DNA from: Candidatus Latescibacterota bacterium
GTDB taxonomy: Bacteria > Latescibacterota > UBA2968 > UBA8231
Length of the DNA: 64,000 bases
Assembly (NCBI GenBank): GCA_965208105.1
Contig: OZ242318.1
Coordinates: 3,360,001 to 3,424,000, forward strand
Reading direction: 5' to 3'
Under the pieces are notes generated by a model, which was not told the DNA's origin, did not search any database, and saw only the letters and a program-made list of their open reading frames with translations. This document shows positions 19,319 to 29,413 of this stretch, in pieces; within the stretch, counting starts at the first letter, position 1, and each line of letters opens with the position of its first letter. The position numbers were made by a program, and so were the translations under genes.

Positions 19319-21031
19319 GTGTCCGCAGCAAGTCCGCCCTACCGCTGGCCCCCGAGAATCCTCTTCAACACCGACGGCTGCCACGCCTTCAAGTACCTGC
19401 GCCGGCGCGACCCTGACGACGTCACCGAGTTGATGGTCCCACTGGCTGGAGCCGGGGTCGACGTGGTCTGCGCCCTGGTGGGAGTCAATGACGATCTGAG
19501 CTGGCGCGGCAGTCCCTACGGCGAGGTCTGGGGCGACACTATGGGGGCGAGCATCGACGACCTGTTCGCCGCAGACGGCACCGTGCGCTCCTCGGTCGCT
19601 CTGAACATCGAGCCCAGCGACCTGCTGCAGATGGGGCTCAGGGCCATGGTCGACGACGGCCACGACGTGCTGCAGCTCTACGTCGACCGGGCCCGCGCAC
19701 TCGGCCAGGGGACCTACGCTTCCTTCCGCATGAACGCGGCCAACGCCAACCTCGAGTACCGCATGGCCGATGGCAGGCGCTCCTCGGCGGTACTGAAGCG
19801 CCAGGACCTGCTCGTCGGGGCCGGGGAGCTGAGCGGCAACGGGAGGGGGTTCAATTTCTGCTGGCAGTGGGATTACGCCCGTGACGAGGTGAGGCAGCGT
19901 TTTCTCGGCCGCATCGACGAGGTGCTCAGGCGCTACGACGTGGACGGCCTCGAGCTGGATTTCTGCCGCAACTTCCCCTTCTTCAAGCGCTTCCAGGGAT
20001 TCAGGCACATCGGCACCATGAACCGCTTCATGGAAGAGGCAAGGGAGATCGTGAGAGGGCACCAGGAGCGCAAGGGAATGGAGATCAAGCTGGCGTGCCG
20101 GGTGGCGTCCAGCCTGGATGCCTGCGCCGAGCAGGGCCTGGACGCGGAACACTGGATCCGCGAAGGCCTGGTCGACGTGGCCGCGATCTCGTCCATGGGG
20201 CACTGGGAACTGGAGAACGATGTCTCCAGAGCGGTTGTCGCGGCAAAGGACAGCGGGGTCCTGATATACGTGGGGTCTTCGGTTGTGCCCCCGGCGTCGC
20301 CGCAGGAAGGCTACGAGAGCGGGCAGCCGACCATCAGGAGGGCGATTGCCCTGAACGCCTACCGCCAGGGCGCGGCCGGGGTCCACCTCTTCAACTACGA
20401 TTATGCCCACGAGCGCGCCCTGCCCCTGGCGCCGGACGACGAGAGCGACCTCCCCGAGGTGGAATATCCCCCTGTCTTCAGCGGTCGCATGGGACTCTAC
20501 GCCTCCGACCGTTTCACCCGGAGGGACCTGCAGTTGCTGCGCGACCTGGCCGACCCCCGCAGTCTCTCCGGCTTGAGCCGCTGCTACAACCTGAACGCCA
20601 GGAAGTATCCGGGGGATTTCGAAGCGCAGATCCCTTTCAAGATACCCCTCCGCGGCAGGGGGGCGGGGCCCCTCCACGCCATGCGCCTGCCCTTGCATGA
20701 CGACGTGCAGGAAGGTCTGGCCGGCGGCCGCATCCGCAAAACCGAGCTGCGCCTGCGCCTCGGCGAGCACGAGCAGAACCTGGACCGCCTCTGCTGCGAG
20801 GTGAACGGCAGGAAGTACGGGTTGAAGGGTGCGCGCGCCATTTCCAATTCAAGCGGCGATACGTGGCTGGTGGTGGATGATCCTCCCCTGGTCAAGGGCG
20901 ACAACACCGTGCTGGTGGTTCTTGAGGGCACTCAATCCCCCAACGGCTGGCACCGCGCCGGAACCGGGGTGGGGCCGAACTGGCCGACCCTGGAGCAGTG
21001 CGAGCTCCTGGTGCTGTGCGGGGACCCCTAG
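19319..21031 (+). CDS. Uncharacterised glycoside-hydrolase-like TIM-barrel protein
   Basis: LFNTDG, ASFRMN, WDYARDEVR, YDVDGLELDFCR, GVHLFNY; GTG after AAGGAGG. Confidence 0.7.
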   Translation: MSAASPPYRWPPRILFNTDGCHAFKYLRRRDPDDVTELMVPLAGAGVDVVCALVGVNDDLSWRGSPYGEVWGDTMGASIDDLFAADGTVRSSVALNIEPSDLLQMGLRAMVDDGHDVLQLYVDRARALGQGTYASFRMNAANANLEYRMADGRRSSAVLKRQDLLVGAGELSGNGRGFNFCWQWDYARDEVRQRFLGRIDEVLRRYDVDGLELDFCRNFPFFKRFQGFRHIGTMNRFMEEAREIVRGHQERKGMEIKLACRVASSLDACAEQGLDAEHWIREGLVDVAAISSMGHWELENDVSRAVVAAKDSGVLIYVGSSVVPPASPQEGYESGQPTIRRAIALNAYRQGAAGVHLFNYDYAHERALPLAPDDESDLPEVEYPPVFSGRMGLYASDRFTRRDLQLLRDLADPRSLSGLSRCYNLNARKYPGDFEAQIPFKIPLRGRGAGPLHAMRLPLHDDVQEGLAGGRIRKTELRLRLGEHEQNLDRLCCEVNGRKYGLKGARAISNSSGDTWLVVDDPPLVKGDNTVLVVLEGTQSPNGWHRAGTGVGPNWPTLEQCELLVLCGDP

Positions 21032-21202
21032 TCGGGCGGGAATCCGGGGCGTGGGAGGGAAGTTGGACCGGGGCTTCGCAGGCGCATGAAATTATCTCCA
21101 ATCGTTGTTGCAACTGGGGGCACTCTCTTTCACCAGCGCATCCGCAGCGATTCTCCGGGTGGACCTCGCAGCATACCCGGTCAGACCGTCTCCCCCAGTG
21201 AC

Positions 21203-22240
21203 CTACCTTTCTCGTCTGCGCTCACCCCAAATACGTTTCCAGAGAAGCGAGAGGACTTGGTCCCGGCCCGAAAAGCCTGGAGAACGGCGGCGGAAGTCGG
21301 CAATCTTGCCGGGGTCTCCGGGGTCTGGGAGCAGGCGGAAGGAAAAGACGTAGCTGCCCGAGGAGGTCAGCCAGCTGTCCGAGCGGCCGAAGCGCAGGTC
21401 GTTGAAGTAGAGGTCGCCGTCCTCGGCTGTAACCGTGTAGTAGCCGCGCGAGAACCAGATCAGCTTCTGCACCGGCTCCTGGTCCAGCACACCGGCGATG
21501 AGGCCGGTGTTTTTTTCGATTCGCTGGAACCGTATGTGGTCGTCCGGGTCGAAGACCGAGTGGAGCCCGACCAGTAGGTGGTCGCCGCCGTCGGCCATGC
21601 CCATCCACAGCAGGTTGTTGAACAGAGTGGGGGTGGCGAAGAGGCGGGAATAGGGATGCCGGCCGTCTTCCAGGGCGGCGGCAAATGCCGCTTTGGCCTG
21701 CATCTGGTTGATCAGACCCAGAAGCAGGTATGCGGTGCTCAAACCCAGGCCGATCAGATTGAGTGCCCGGCGCCTGGCCGAGGTGCGCCGGAGAAAAAGC
21801 GCGGCGAGCAGTCCCGCAGCCACCGGCGCGGTGTAGAGTGGATCGATGATGAAGATGGAAGAGAGGGCGACGGGGTGGGAGCTGAATGGACTGAATAGCT
21901 GGGTGCCGTACATGGTGAAGCAGTCGAGCAGGGAATGGGTGATGAAACCCAGGAAAGCCAGAAGGCCCCACTCTCTCCAGGTTGCCCCGCAGCGGCGGTG
22001 AATCGTGAAAAGGAGCCTGCCTGAGCCCGCCCCGGCCAACACCGCAAAGAGGATGGAGTGGGTTATGCCGCGGTGGATGCTCAACTGCATCGACTGGGAC
22101 ACGAACGGTGAGACCACCACGTCCAGGTCGGGCAGGGTGCCGGCCACCGCCCCCCACATAGCGGCCCTGGCTCCAACCTTGCGGCCGAGCACCGCTTCGC
22201 CTACGGCGGCGCCGAGGGCGATCTGGGTTACCGTATCGAT
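21203..22240 (-). CDS. Membrane metal-dependent hydrolase (YdjM-like), probable ATC start
   Basis: DTVTQIALGAAVGEA, GTLPDLD, HRGITHS, THSLLDCFTMYGTQL, IFIIDP. Confidence 0.85.
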   Translation of the reverse strand: MDTVTQIALGAAVGEAVLGRKVGARAAMWGAVAGTLPDLDVVVSPFVSQSMQLSIHRGITHSILFAVLAGAGSGRLLFTIHRRCGATWREWGLLAFLGFITHSLLDCFTMYGTQLFSPFSSHPVALSSIFIIDPLYTAPVAAGLLAALFLRRTSARRRALNLIGLGLSTAYLLLGLINQMQAKAAFAAALEDGRHPYSRLFATPTLFNNLLWMGMADGGDHLLVGLHSVFDPDDHIRFQRIEKNTGLIAGVLDQEPVQKLIWFSRGYYTVTAEDGDLYFNDLRFGRSDSWLTSSGSYVFSFRLLPDPGDPGKIADFRRRSPGFSGRDQVLSLLWKRIWGERRRER

Positions 22241-22453
22241 GATGGAATCTCCACAGGTCCTTCAGAGGCGGATTGCATCGCCTGTCTTGAATCGGGTGGT
22301 GGTTATTCTCGGTTCTTCTCCCGATAATGCTAATACTTGGCTGCGCTAAGGGACAACCCGGGGCGATGCCTTACGCGATTCTGCCCTGCAGGTTATGTTC
22401 AGGCATGCGGGAGCTCATGCCAACGAACAGCTGAAAAATAGGAGCGAGACAAG

Positions 22454-23572
22454 ATGAAACCTGCGAAAGCGCTCGCGCGCGCCGCCAGGGCAGGCGACCT
22501 GAAAACCATGCGTGCCATGATCAAGGAGGACAGCTCCCTGGCTGCCGACTGGCAGCCGATGATGGATGCATGTTACGTCGGACAGGCGGAGGCCGTGGCC
22601 CTTCTGCTCGAGAACGGCGCCGACCCGAACGTGAAATCCAGGTCGGCCCACCACTACCGGCCCCTCCACCGCACGGTGGAGCACAAGAAGACGGCGCCCA
22701 AGCACGACGGTCATCACGAGGTGGTCGATCTGTTGCTCGATGCCGGCGCCGACCCATTGATGCTGGGAAGCTACTGGCTCATCAGCGCAGTCGCCCTCTG
22801 CGCCACCGGCGATTCGACCGAATTCCTTCCGGCGCTGCTGGAAAGGATCCCCAGGCAGCACGACATCTTCCACGCTGCCGTGCTCGCCGAGGCGGGGCGG
22901 GTGAATTCCCTGTTGAAGAAGGATCCTTCCCTGGCGCAGGCGCATCACGAGGGTACCAGGATCTGGATGAGTGACAAGGGCTGGACACCCCTGATCTACT
23001 GCGTCAGTTCGCGCGTGGGAAGAGACAGCGGGAAGAAGCGCAAGGACCTGGCCCGGACTGCGCGGGCCTTGCTCGATCACGGAGCCGACACCACCGGCTC
23101 CGTCGACCGCGCCATCTACAGCGGCAACCCGGCGGTCCTGGAGATGCTCCTCGAGGCCGGCGGCGCCTGCGCCGACGACGACACCCTCAACCACGCTGCC
23201 TGCGAAGGACATTTCGACGCCTTGGAGCTGCTGCTGAAGTACGGGGCAAGGTTGGACGGAACCCGGGGAACCGATCACCATGGCGGCTACACCCCCCTCG
23301 GCTGCGCTGTCTCCTGCCGCAGCATGCAGGGGACGCGGTGGTTCCTGGAGAAGAACCAGGATCCCAACAAAATCAAGAGCAAGTCGGGGGAAAACTGCCT
23401 GCACGTGGCGGTGCATTTCGGCGCCAGCGCCAAGATGCTGCAGCTGCTGCTCGATCACGGGGCCAGAATCAACCAGAAGGACAAGCTGGGACGTACTCCA
23501 TTGGCTCGGGCTCGGGAGAAAGATCACGGAAAGGCGATTGCCTTTCTGGAAGCCACAGGCGCCAGGGCCTAG
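22454..23572 (+). CDS. Ankyrin repeat protein
   Basis: LLENGADPN, GWTPL, GYTPL, LLDHGARINQKDKLGRTPL. Confidence 0.92.
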   Translation: MKPAKALARAARAGDLKTMRAMIKEDSSLAADWQPMMDACYVGQAEAVALLLENGADPNVKSRSAHHYRPLHRTVEHKKTAPKHDGHHEVVDLLLDAGADPLMLGSYWLISAVALCATGDSTEFLPALLERIPRQHDIFHAAVLAEAGRVNSLLKKDPSLAQAHHEGTRIWMSDKGWTPLIYCVSSRVGRDSGKKRKDLARTARALLDHGADTTGSVDRAIYSGNPAVLEMLLEAGGACADDDTLNHAACEGHFDALELLLKYGARLDGTRGTDHHGGYTPLGCAVSCRSMQGTRWFLEKNQDPNKIKSKSGENCLHVAVHFGASAKMLQLLLDHGARINQKDKLGRTPLARAREKDHGKAIAFLEATGARA

Positions 23573-23736
23573 TGACCCGTCGCAGAAATATGTCGCCATT
23601 ATTCCGCCGATCCATCCCGGCTCACGGCGTTGCCTTCACTCGCCGTACACCACTGGTACGACTCGCTCAGGCGCCTTGTGAGCCGGGCGCCTCGGCGGCC
23701 CAATTGCGTCAACCTATCTCTGCGACGGGTCACTAG
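23569..23736. mobile_element. 168-bp MITE-like hairpin repeat, copy 1
   Basis: 18-bp perfect terminal inverted repeat CTAGTGACCCGTCGCAGA; second copy at 54582. Confidence 0.88.
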
Positions 23737-23823
23737 CAGCCTTATTCAACATCCGGGGCCTGTCCGCCACAGACAGTCCTCCGTTCCACTGACAATCATC
23801 GACCTTTCACCCGGGAGAATTCC

Positions 23824-24792
23824 ATGCGCCTTCCCCTTTCCTTCGCCCTCGCCCTCGTCCTCTGCGCCGCGGAGTCGAGATCAGCCTCCGCCTTCGAGTT
23901 CGCCGCCATCGGCGATCTGCCCTACAGCGAGGCCGACAGCCTTGGCTTCGGCCTGCTGCGCGACCGCATCAACGCCGAAGACCTCGCCTTCGTTCTGCAC
24001 GTGGGAGACATCAAGGGCGGCGGGAGCTCCTGTGACGACGCGGCCCTGGAGTCGCGGGTCCGCATGTTTTCCACCTTCCGCCATCCCTTTCTCCTGTTGC
24101 CGGGAGACAACGAGTGGACCGACTGCCACCGGGGTCAGGCCGGCGGCTGGTCGCCGCTGGAGCGCCTGGCCAGGCTGCGCTCCTTGTTCTTCTCGCCCCC
24201 TGGCCGCACTCTCGGGGGAGGTTCGCTGCAGGTGGTCTCCCAGGCTGCCGACCCGGCCTACGCCGAGTTTCCCGAGCACACCCGCTGGACCCTGGGGGGT
24301 GTGGTGTTCGCCGGGCTGCACCTGGTGGGAAGCAACAACGCCATGGCCGACTTTCCGGACCGCGGTCCCGAAAACGACGCCGAAGTCGAGCGCCGCACCC
24401 GGGCGGCCATCGCCTGGATGGCCGCGGCGTTCCAGCAGGCGCGGGAGACGGGGGCTGCCGCCCTGATGGTGGCCATGCAGGCAAATCCGCGCTTCGAGAC
24501 GGACCAGCGCAAGGATCCGCCGCAGATCTTCACCGAGTTTCTCCGGGTTCTGGCGGAAGAGACGGCGGGTTTCGGCAGGCCCGTCGTTCTCGTTCACGGG
24601 GACTCGCATTACTTCCGCGTCGACAAGCCTCTGGCTGGGCTGGCCAGCCAGCGCAGCCTGAGCAACTTCACCCGGCTGGAGGTTTTCGGCTCGCCCAACA
24701 TGCACTGGGTCCGGGTTAAGGTCGACCGCGATGATCCCCAGGTGTTTCGCTTCCACCAGGAGATAATCCCGGAGCACGCCCAGCTCGACTGA
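23824..24792 (+). CDS. Secreted calcineurin-like metallophosphoesterase
   Basis: Signal peptide; GDLPY, HVGD, PGDNEWTDC, HGDSH. Confidence 0.85.
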   Translation: MRLPLSFALALVLCAAESRSASAFEFAAIGDLPYSEADSLGFGLLRDRINAEDLAFVLHVGDIKGGGSSCDDAALESRVRMFSTFRHPFLLLPGDNEWTDCHRGQAGGWSPLERLARLRSLFFSPPGRTLGGGSLQVVSQAADPAYAEFPEHTRWTLGGVVFAGLHLVGSNNAMADFPDRGPENDAEVERRTRAAIAWMAAAFQQARETGAAALMVAMQANPRFETDQRKDPPQIFTEFLRVLAEETAGFGRPVVLVHGDSHYFRVDKPLAGLASQRSLSNFTRLEVFGSPNMHWVRVKVDRDDPQVFRFHQEIIPEHAQLD

Positions 24793-24879
24793 GAGTCCCC
24801 GACCGGGGGGTCCGGCCGGGCTCGGTGCGCGGAACTGCCGCCGTGAACTGGCCTTTCTACCTGCCCCGGCGAGCTCCCC

Positions 24880-27450
24880 TCAGAACGAAACAGTCACCGT
24901 CATCGAGACCGTCCGCGGAGCTCCGAGCCAGGCCGCGTTCTCCGTGATGGCGGACAGATAGGCCTTGTCGAGCAGGTTGTTGGCCACGACCGAGAACTCC
25001 GTCGAACTGAGCCCCGGTCCCAGGGCCTCCCCTGACAGACTGACATAGGCGTCCGCCAGCCAATAGGCCTCGGTTTTCCAGTCGGCGGTCAGGCTGACGC
25101 GGCGCGGGGATGTGTACTTGGCCGTCAGTCCGGTGCGCAGAGGCCCGGTCCGATCGAGCGACACCACCCACAGCTTGTCCGCTACTCCGGTGACGTCAGC
25201 TCCCGGAACGATGTTCTGGTTGGTATCGACGAGGGGGTCGCCGCTCCCGATGTACTCCGAGTCGTTGATGGTAGCGGCCGTGTAGAAGGACATCTGCCGT
25301 GGCAGCCGCACCGTTGCCGAGAACTCCAGGCCGTTCGTCCGGAGGCCGCCGGCGTTGAAGTAGGCGCCTCCGCCCGGAATGAGGTAGTTGGGACCGGCCG
25401 TGGTTTGCGGGCCGAGGTAGAAGATCCTGTTCTGAAAATCGATGGCGTAGCCAGTGGCACTCAGGGCAAGCAGATCCCCGGTATACTGCAGCCCGACATC
25501 GATGTTGGAAGCGGTTTCCGGCTCGAGGTCCTCGATGCTTCGTCCGGGCACCTCGAGGAGCGTGCTGCTGATCGCCTTGAAGTTCTCGACATATCCGCCG
25601 AAGAGGCGCAGACCCTCAACCGGGGTCTCGTAGGTGAGGCCTCCGGAGAAGAGCAGCTTCGAATCCGAGTCGGCCTCTAGGTCGGGATCGATGTCGAACA
25701 AGTCCTCGCGCGACACCCTGACCAGGAACTGCTTGACGCCGCCGCTCAGGGAGAAAGCTCCGGCGTAGACCGTCTCCTCGACGTACCACTTCAGCACGCG
25801 CTGCGGGAAATCCCACTCGTACTGGTGCCAGTAGGCCTGCTCCTTCCATTTGAAGCTCAGCTCCGGATCCAGCATCTGGTGCCAGTCCCGGCCGAGATCG
25901 CGGCGCGAGCCTTCGTACCAGATGCCGGCGCGCAGCGAGCTGGCCGCCCCGCCGACGGTGGAAAGCCACTCCTCGTCGAGGGTCAGGCCGACGCGGTCCT
26001 TGCCGTAATGGCTGTGGCGGTAGGACTGCACCGCGGTGGCATCCGGGTGGCACGCCGGGTCGACTTCGGGTCCGCCCGCTCCGTAGTAGTTGAAGATGTA
26101 GGAGGACGTGCAGTCAGTCCTCGGTCCGACTGCGGCGCCGTCCCGGTCCACGAAGCGGATCAGGCCGAGCTGGGTTCCGCCTTGCACCGGTGTCCCGTCC
26201 ATCAGCTCCGATTCCGGGCCGCCGCCGTCGTCGGCGATGTCCACGATGTAGGGGGGCAGCCAGTCGCCGCGGCCGCGGTTGCGATGGAAATATACACCGC
26301 CGCTCAGGGAGATGGCCGCACTCAAGGGCCAGTCCGCCTTGAGGTAGGCAAAGGTGTTGTTGCGCCGGGTCTGCCAGCCGGGCCGGTAGAACTGGTTCAG
26401 GTAGGGGACGCCGGGCCAGTCGCCGACCAGGCGGTCCCAGCGCGGGTTGGCCAGGAAGTCGGCCTCGCTGTAGAGCCGCTGGTAGGTGTCCTCGTGGATG
26501 CTGTCGTAGGAGATGTGGCCGGTGAGATCGAGGCCCCCGTGCGTGGAGACAAGCTTGGCGGCCACGTGCTCCCGTTCGTTGCGCGCCGAACCCTGGACCC
26601 AGTCGGTCGCCTCCTGGCGGACCGCGGCGACCCAGGCGCGGGTCTCACCGCCGAACAGCGGCCCCGTGTCGACGCGCATGTAGAACCGCTTGCCGTCGTT
26701 CTCGCCGATGGTGGTCGACGCGGTGTAGCTGCGCTCCGCCGCCGGATCGTCGGTCAGGTAGTCGAAGGTGCCGCCCAGCGCCTCCACCGAACGGGAGGCG
26801 ATGTCGGCGGTCCCCTGGGAAACCTCGACGCCCCCCAGATTCATCGGGTCGATGAAACGATTCGCCTTGGCGCCGCTGAAGTAGTCGGAGGTGCCGTTCG
26901 GGAACCCGTCGATGGTGGTGCCGATCTGCGCCTCGCTGATGGTTACCTGGAAGCCGCGCACGGCGACGTTGCTCGACCAGTCGTCGAAGCCGTAGGCATC
27001 GCCTTCCTGGATGGATACCCCGGGCAGGTTGTCGACCACCGAGGTCACGCTGGTGATGTTCGACTGCTGCTGCAGCATGGGCTCGGCGACGACGTTGCTG
27101 GCGAAGATCCGGGGCTCCTCGCCAACGACGCTGATTCCCTCGAGTCCGACGGCGCTCGGTTCCAGACGGGCGTCGAGAGTGGTCACGCCCGGATTCACCT
27201 TCAGTCGCATCGCCCGGTATCCCACGAAGGAAAAAACCAGAATGTCCTCAGGCGACCGGATGTCAATCGCGTAGGCCCCGACCTGGTCCGTCACCGTCCC
27301 GATGAAGGTGCCCTCGATGACTACGGTTGCGCCCGGCAAGGCCTCGCCGGTTTCGTCCGAGACAACGGTGCCGGAAACCGCACCCTGCCCCTGGGCCTCC
27401 TGGGCCATTTGTACGAAGAAGACGGCGGCGATGGTGAGTGCGAATTTCAT
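24880..27450 (-). CDS. TonB-dependent receptor with N-terminal carboxypeptidase-like domain
   Basis: Signal peptide, GEALPGATV...FSFVGY, plug LPGVSI...VRGF, LEPET, NNLLDKAY, terminal Phe; AGGAGG RBS. Confidence 0.93.
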   Translation of the reverse strand: MKFALTIAAVFFVQMAQEAQGQGAVSGTVVSDETGEALPGATVVIEGTFIGTVTDQVGAYAIDIRSPEDILVFSFVGYRAMRLKVNPGVTTLDARLEPSAVGLEGISVVGEEPRIFASNVVAEPMLQQQSNITSVTSVVDNLPGVSIQEGDAYGFDDWSSNVAVRGFQVTISEAQIGTTIDGFPNGTSDYFSGAKANRFIDPMNLGGVEVSQGTADIASRSVEALGGTFDYLTDDPAAERSYTASTTIGENDGKRFYMRVDTGPLFGGETRAWVAAVRQEATDWVQGSARNEREHVAAKLVSTHGGLDLTGHISYDSIHEDTYQRLYSEADFLANPRWDRLVGDWPGVPYLNQFYRPGWQTRRNNTFAYLKADWPLSAAISLSGGVYFHRNRGRGDWLPPYIVDIADDGGGPESELMDGTPVQGGTQLGLIRFVDRDGAAVGPRTDCTSSYIFNYYGAGGPEVDPACHPDATAVQSYRHSHYGKDRVGLTLDEEWLSTVGGAASSLRAGIWYEGSRRDLGRDWHQMLDPELSFKWKEQAYWHQYEWDFPQRVLKWYVEETVYAGAFSLSGGVKQFLVRVSREDLFDIDPDLEADSDSKLLFSGGLTYETPVEGLRLFGGYVENFKAISSTLLEVPGRSIEDLEPETASNIDVGLQYTGDLLALSATGYAIDFQNRIFYLGPQTTAGPNYLIPGGGAYFNAGGLRTNGLEFSATVRLPRQMSFYTAATINDSEYIGSGDPLVDTNQNIVPGADVTGVADKLWVVSLDRTGPLRTGLTAKYTSPRRVSLTADWKTEAYWLADAYVSLSGEALGPGLSSTEFSVVANNLLDKAYLSAITENAAWLGAPRTVSMTVTVSF

Positions 27451-27720
27451 GAGACCTCCTGCCGTTTGTGGAAAGTGCGAATAAAATAGAAGATAGCGCT
27501 CTGTGGAGCGAGAGCGGGTTTCCATTCTATTGACCCAGGAGGAACTCGAAATGGCCCTGGTAACCATGGAAGCCGGGACTCGGCGCAACCCGCGGCACCG
27601 GGCGGGCGCCAGCGTACCCTGATCGCCCTGATGGGCCGCTCCTCCCACCTCAACCCCGTGCTGCTCCAGGCCCTGATCCAGGTGCGACTGGGGCCGGCGG
27701 CCCGGAGCCTCCTCCCGGCG

Positions 27721-28863
27721 CTACTCCACCCCTAGCAACCGCGCCGCGGTGCCTCCCATTATCTGCGCCAGCTCCCCGGCGTCGAGTCCGGACCATTGCG
27801 CGAAGGGGACCTCGACCCACCTGCGCGACTGGCGGTAGGTGCAGAAGCGGTTCTGGAACGGCATGTCGGTGCCCCAGAGAAGGTGATCGGCGCCGATATG
27901 TTCCACCATCGCGGCCAGGGTCGGCCACACTTCGCGGTAGGGATAGTCGAAGATGTCCCCCAGGCGCACGGGGAAGCACACCTCGACGTGGCAGTTCCCT
28001 CCGGTGAACGGCTCCCATATCTCCTCCGGCAAGGCGATGGCTTTCTTCTCGTCGTCGAGGAAGGTGCGCCAGGGGAAGCCGTGGGTCAGGCTGCACACCG
28101 CCTCGGGATAGCGCTCCATCCAGCGCATGAGGATGCGGTGCTCGCCGAGATAGCCGCGCTGCTCCTCGCGGCTGGAACGCCGGCCGCCCTCGAGGTCGCC
28201 GGGGCCGGCGCCCAGGGTGAAGAAGACGGGCACCCCGAGGCCGGTCACGGCCTCCCAGAACGGGCGGTAGGGACCGTCGTCCCAAGCCTGGTCGCCGGCA
28301 AGGTAGCACAGTGGAGGAATGAACTTGACCGCGTGGAGCCCGTCCTTCTCGACCGCGCCGACGGTTTCGGCGATCACGGTGTCGGTCTCGGCGATGATGC
28401 GCCACTCGTCCACCGGGGCCATGGAGAAGATGCGCCCGGGAAACCTCCTCACGATCTCCCCCAGGTACGAACTGTCGCGCACCAGCGCCGGATCGGTGTG
28501 GAGCAGGACCGCGTCCACCCCGGCGTGGTGCATCTCACAGTCGAGCCCGAAGGGGGTGAACTCCGCACCGCGCAGATTCGGCGGCAGGAAGTACTTGGTG
28601 TACTCCCGGCCCTCCCAGGTCCACAGCGCCCGGCCCCTCGCCTTGTCCACGCGGAAACCCAGGTCTGGAAGGCGGTCGAGGTCGCGGGTTCCCCCGGGGT
28701 CGAGAACATCGGAAGGTCCCACCCTTCCGTCGGCAATGCGCAGGGCGGGCTGGTGGTGGGTGGCGTGGGCGACCTGGACCCAGCGCATGTGCTCCTCGCT
28801 GGAGGCGTAGCCCCGGGGACCGTCGAGGGGCTCGAAGCAGTAGGCATGAGAGTCGAGGATCAC
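27721..28863 (-). CDS. Amidohydrolase family protein
   Basis: ILDSHAY, LLWGTDMP, IMGGTAARL; GTGA overlap with the upstream gene. Confidence 0.85.
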   Translation of the reverse strand: MILDSHAYCFEPLDGPRGYASSEEHMRWVQVAHATHHQPALRIADGRVGPSDVLDPGGTRDLDRLPDLGFRVDKARGRALWTWEGREYTKYFLPPNLRGAEFTPFGLDCEMHHAGVDAVLLHTDPALVRDSSYLGEIVRRFPGRIFSMAPVDEWRIIAETDTVIAETVGAVEKDGLHAVKFIPPLCYLAGDQAWDDGPYRPFWEAVTGLGVPVFFTLGAGPGDLEGGRRSSREEQRGYLGEHRILMRWMERYPEAVCSLTHGFPWRTFLDDEKKAIALPEEIWEPFTGGNCHVEVCFPVRLGDIFDYPYREVWPTLAAMVEHIGADHLLWGTDMPFQNRFCTYRQSRRWVEVPFAQWSGLDAGELAQIMGGTAARLLGVE

Positions 28864-29309
28864 GGCTGTTCGGCCACGTCGTCCTTGAAGACACCGCAGT
28901 GCAGCATGGCCCCGCCGAAGTAGGGATTCATCACGGTCCCCTTCTTCTGGATCCAGTGGGCCCCCTGGGCTTCGTTGGCCATCGGGCAGAATGCAAGGCC
29001 GTAGCCCTGGGGAATCTCTCCTTTGGCCATTTGATCCGAAATGGCGATGAAGGCGCTGCGGAGGGCTTCAATTTCATCGGCGGCGGCGGCCTGGGAAGCC
29101 AGCATCGCAATCTCCTCGGAGCCGTGCTCCTGAAGATCCGCCAGGGCCATGCGGGCTTCGTCCAGATGGTCTCCGGCCAGGGCCTCCTGGACGGCGATAT
29201 AGGCGGTGAAATCGGCGCTTTGAACGGGAGGTACTGTCTGCGCACTTTCTCCGCATCCGATCCAGACAAAGCTCAAACTGCACGCGGCGGCTATGAGATA
29301 CTTTTTCAT
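28860..29309 (-). CDS. DUF3347-like metal-binding lipoprotein
   Basis: YIAVQEALAGD, CPMA, NPYFGGAMLHCG; AAGGAGGAG RBS. Confidence 0.85.
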   Translation of the reverse strand: MKKYLIAAACSLSFVWIGCGESAQTVPPVQSADFTAYIAVQEALAGDHLDEARMALADLQEHGSEEIAMLASQAAAADEIEALRSAFIAISDQMAKGEIPQGYGLAFCPMANEAQGAHWIQKKGTVMNPYFGGAMLHCGVFKDDVAEQP

Positions 29310-29413
29310 CTTGTTCTCCTCCTTGGTTGGTTTGCCGTCAGCAGAGGCGCGACGGCGAAGGCTGTCACTTCCGTTTACCAGGTCTCCTGTTCCATCTGGC
29401 CCCGGTCGTTTTT

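Noticed and set aside
23569-23736. Repeat as a CRISPR unit, tRNA or plain terminator
   Set aside because: No spacer array, cloverleaf or U-tract; dispersed copies with terminal inverted repeats fit a MITE better.
27451-27720. Possible cobalamin or TPP riboswitch before the TonB receptor
   Set aside because: No B12-box or TPP core sequence recognised.
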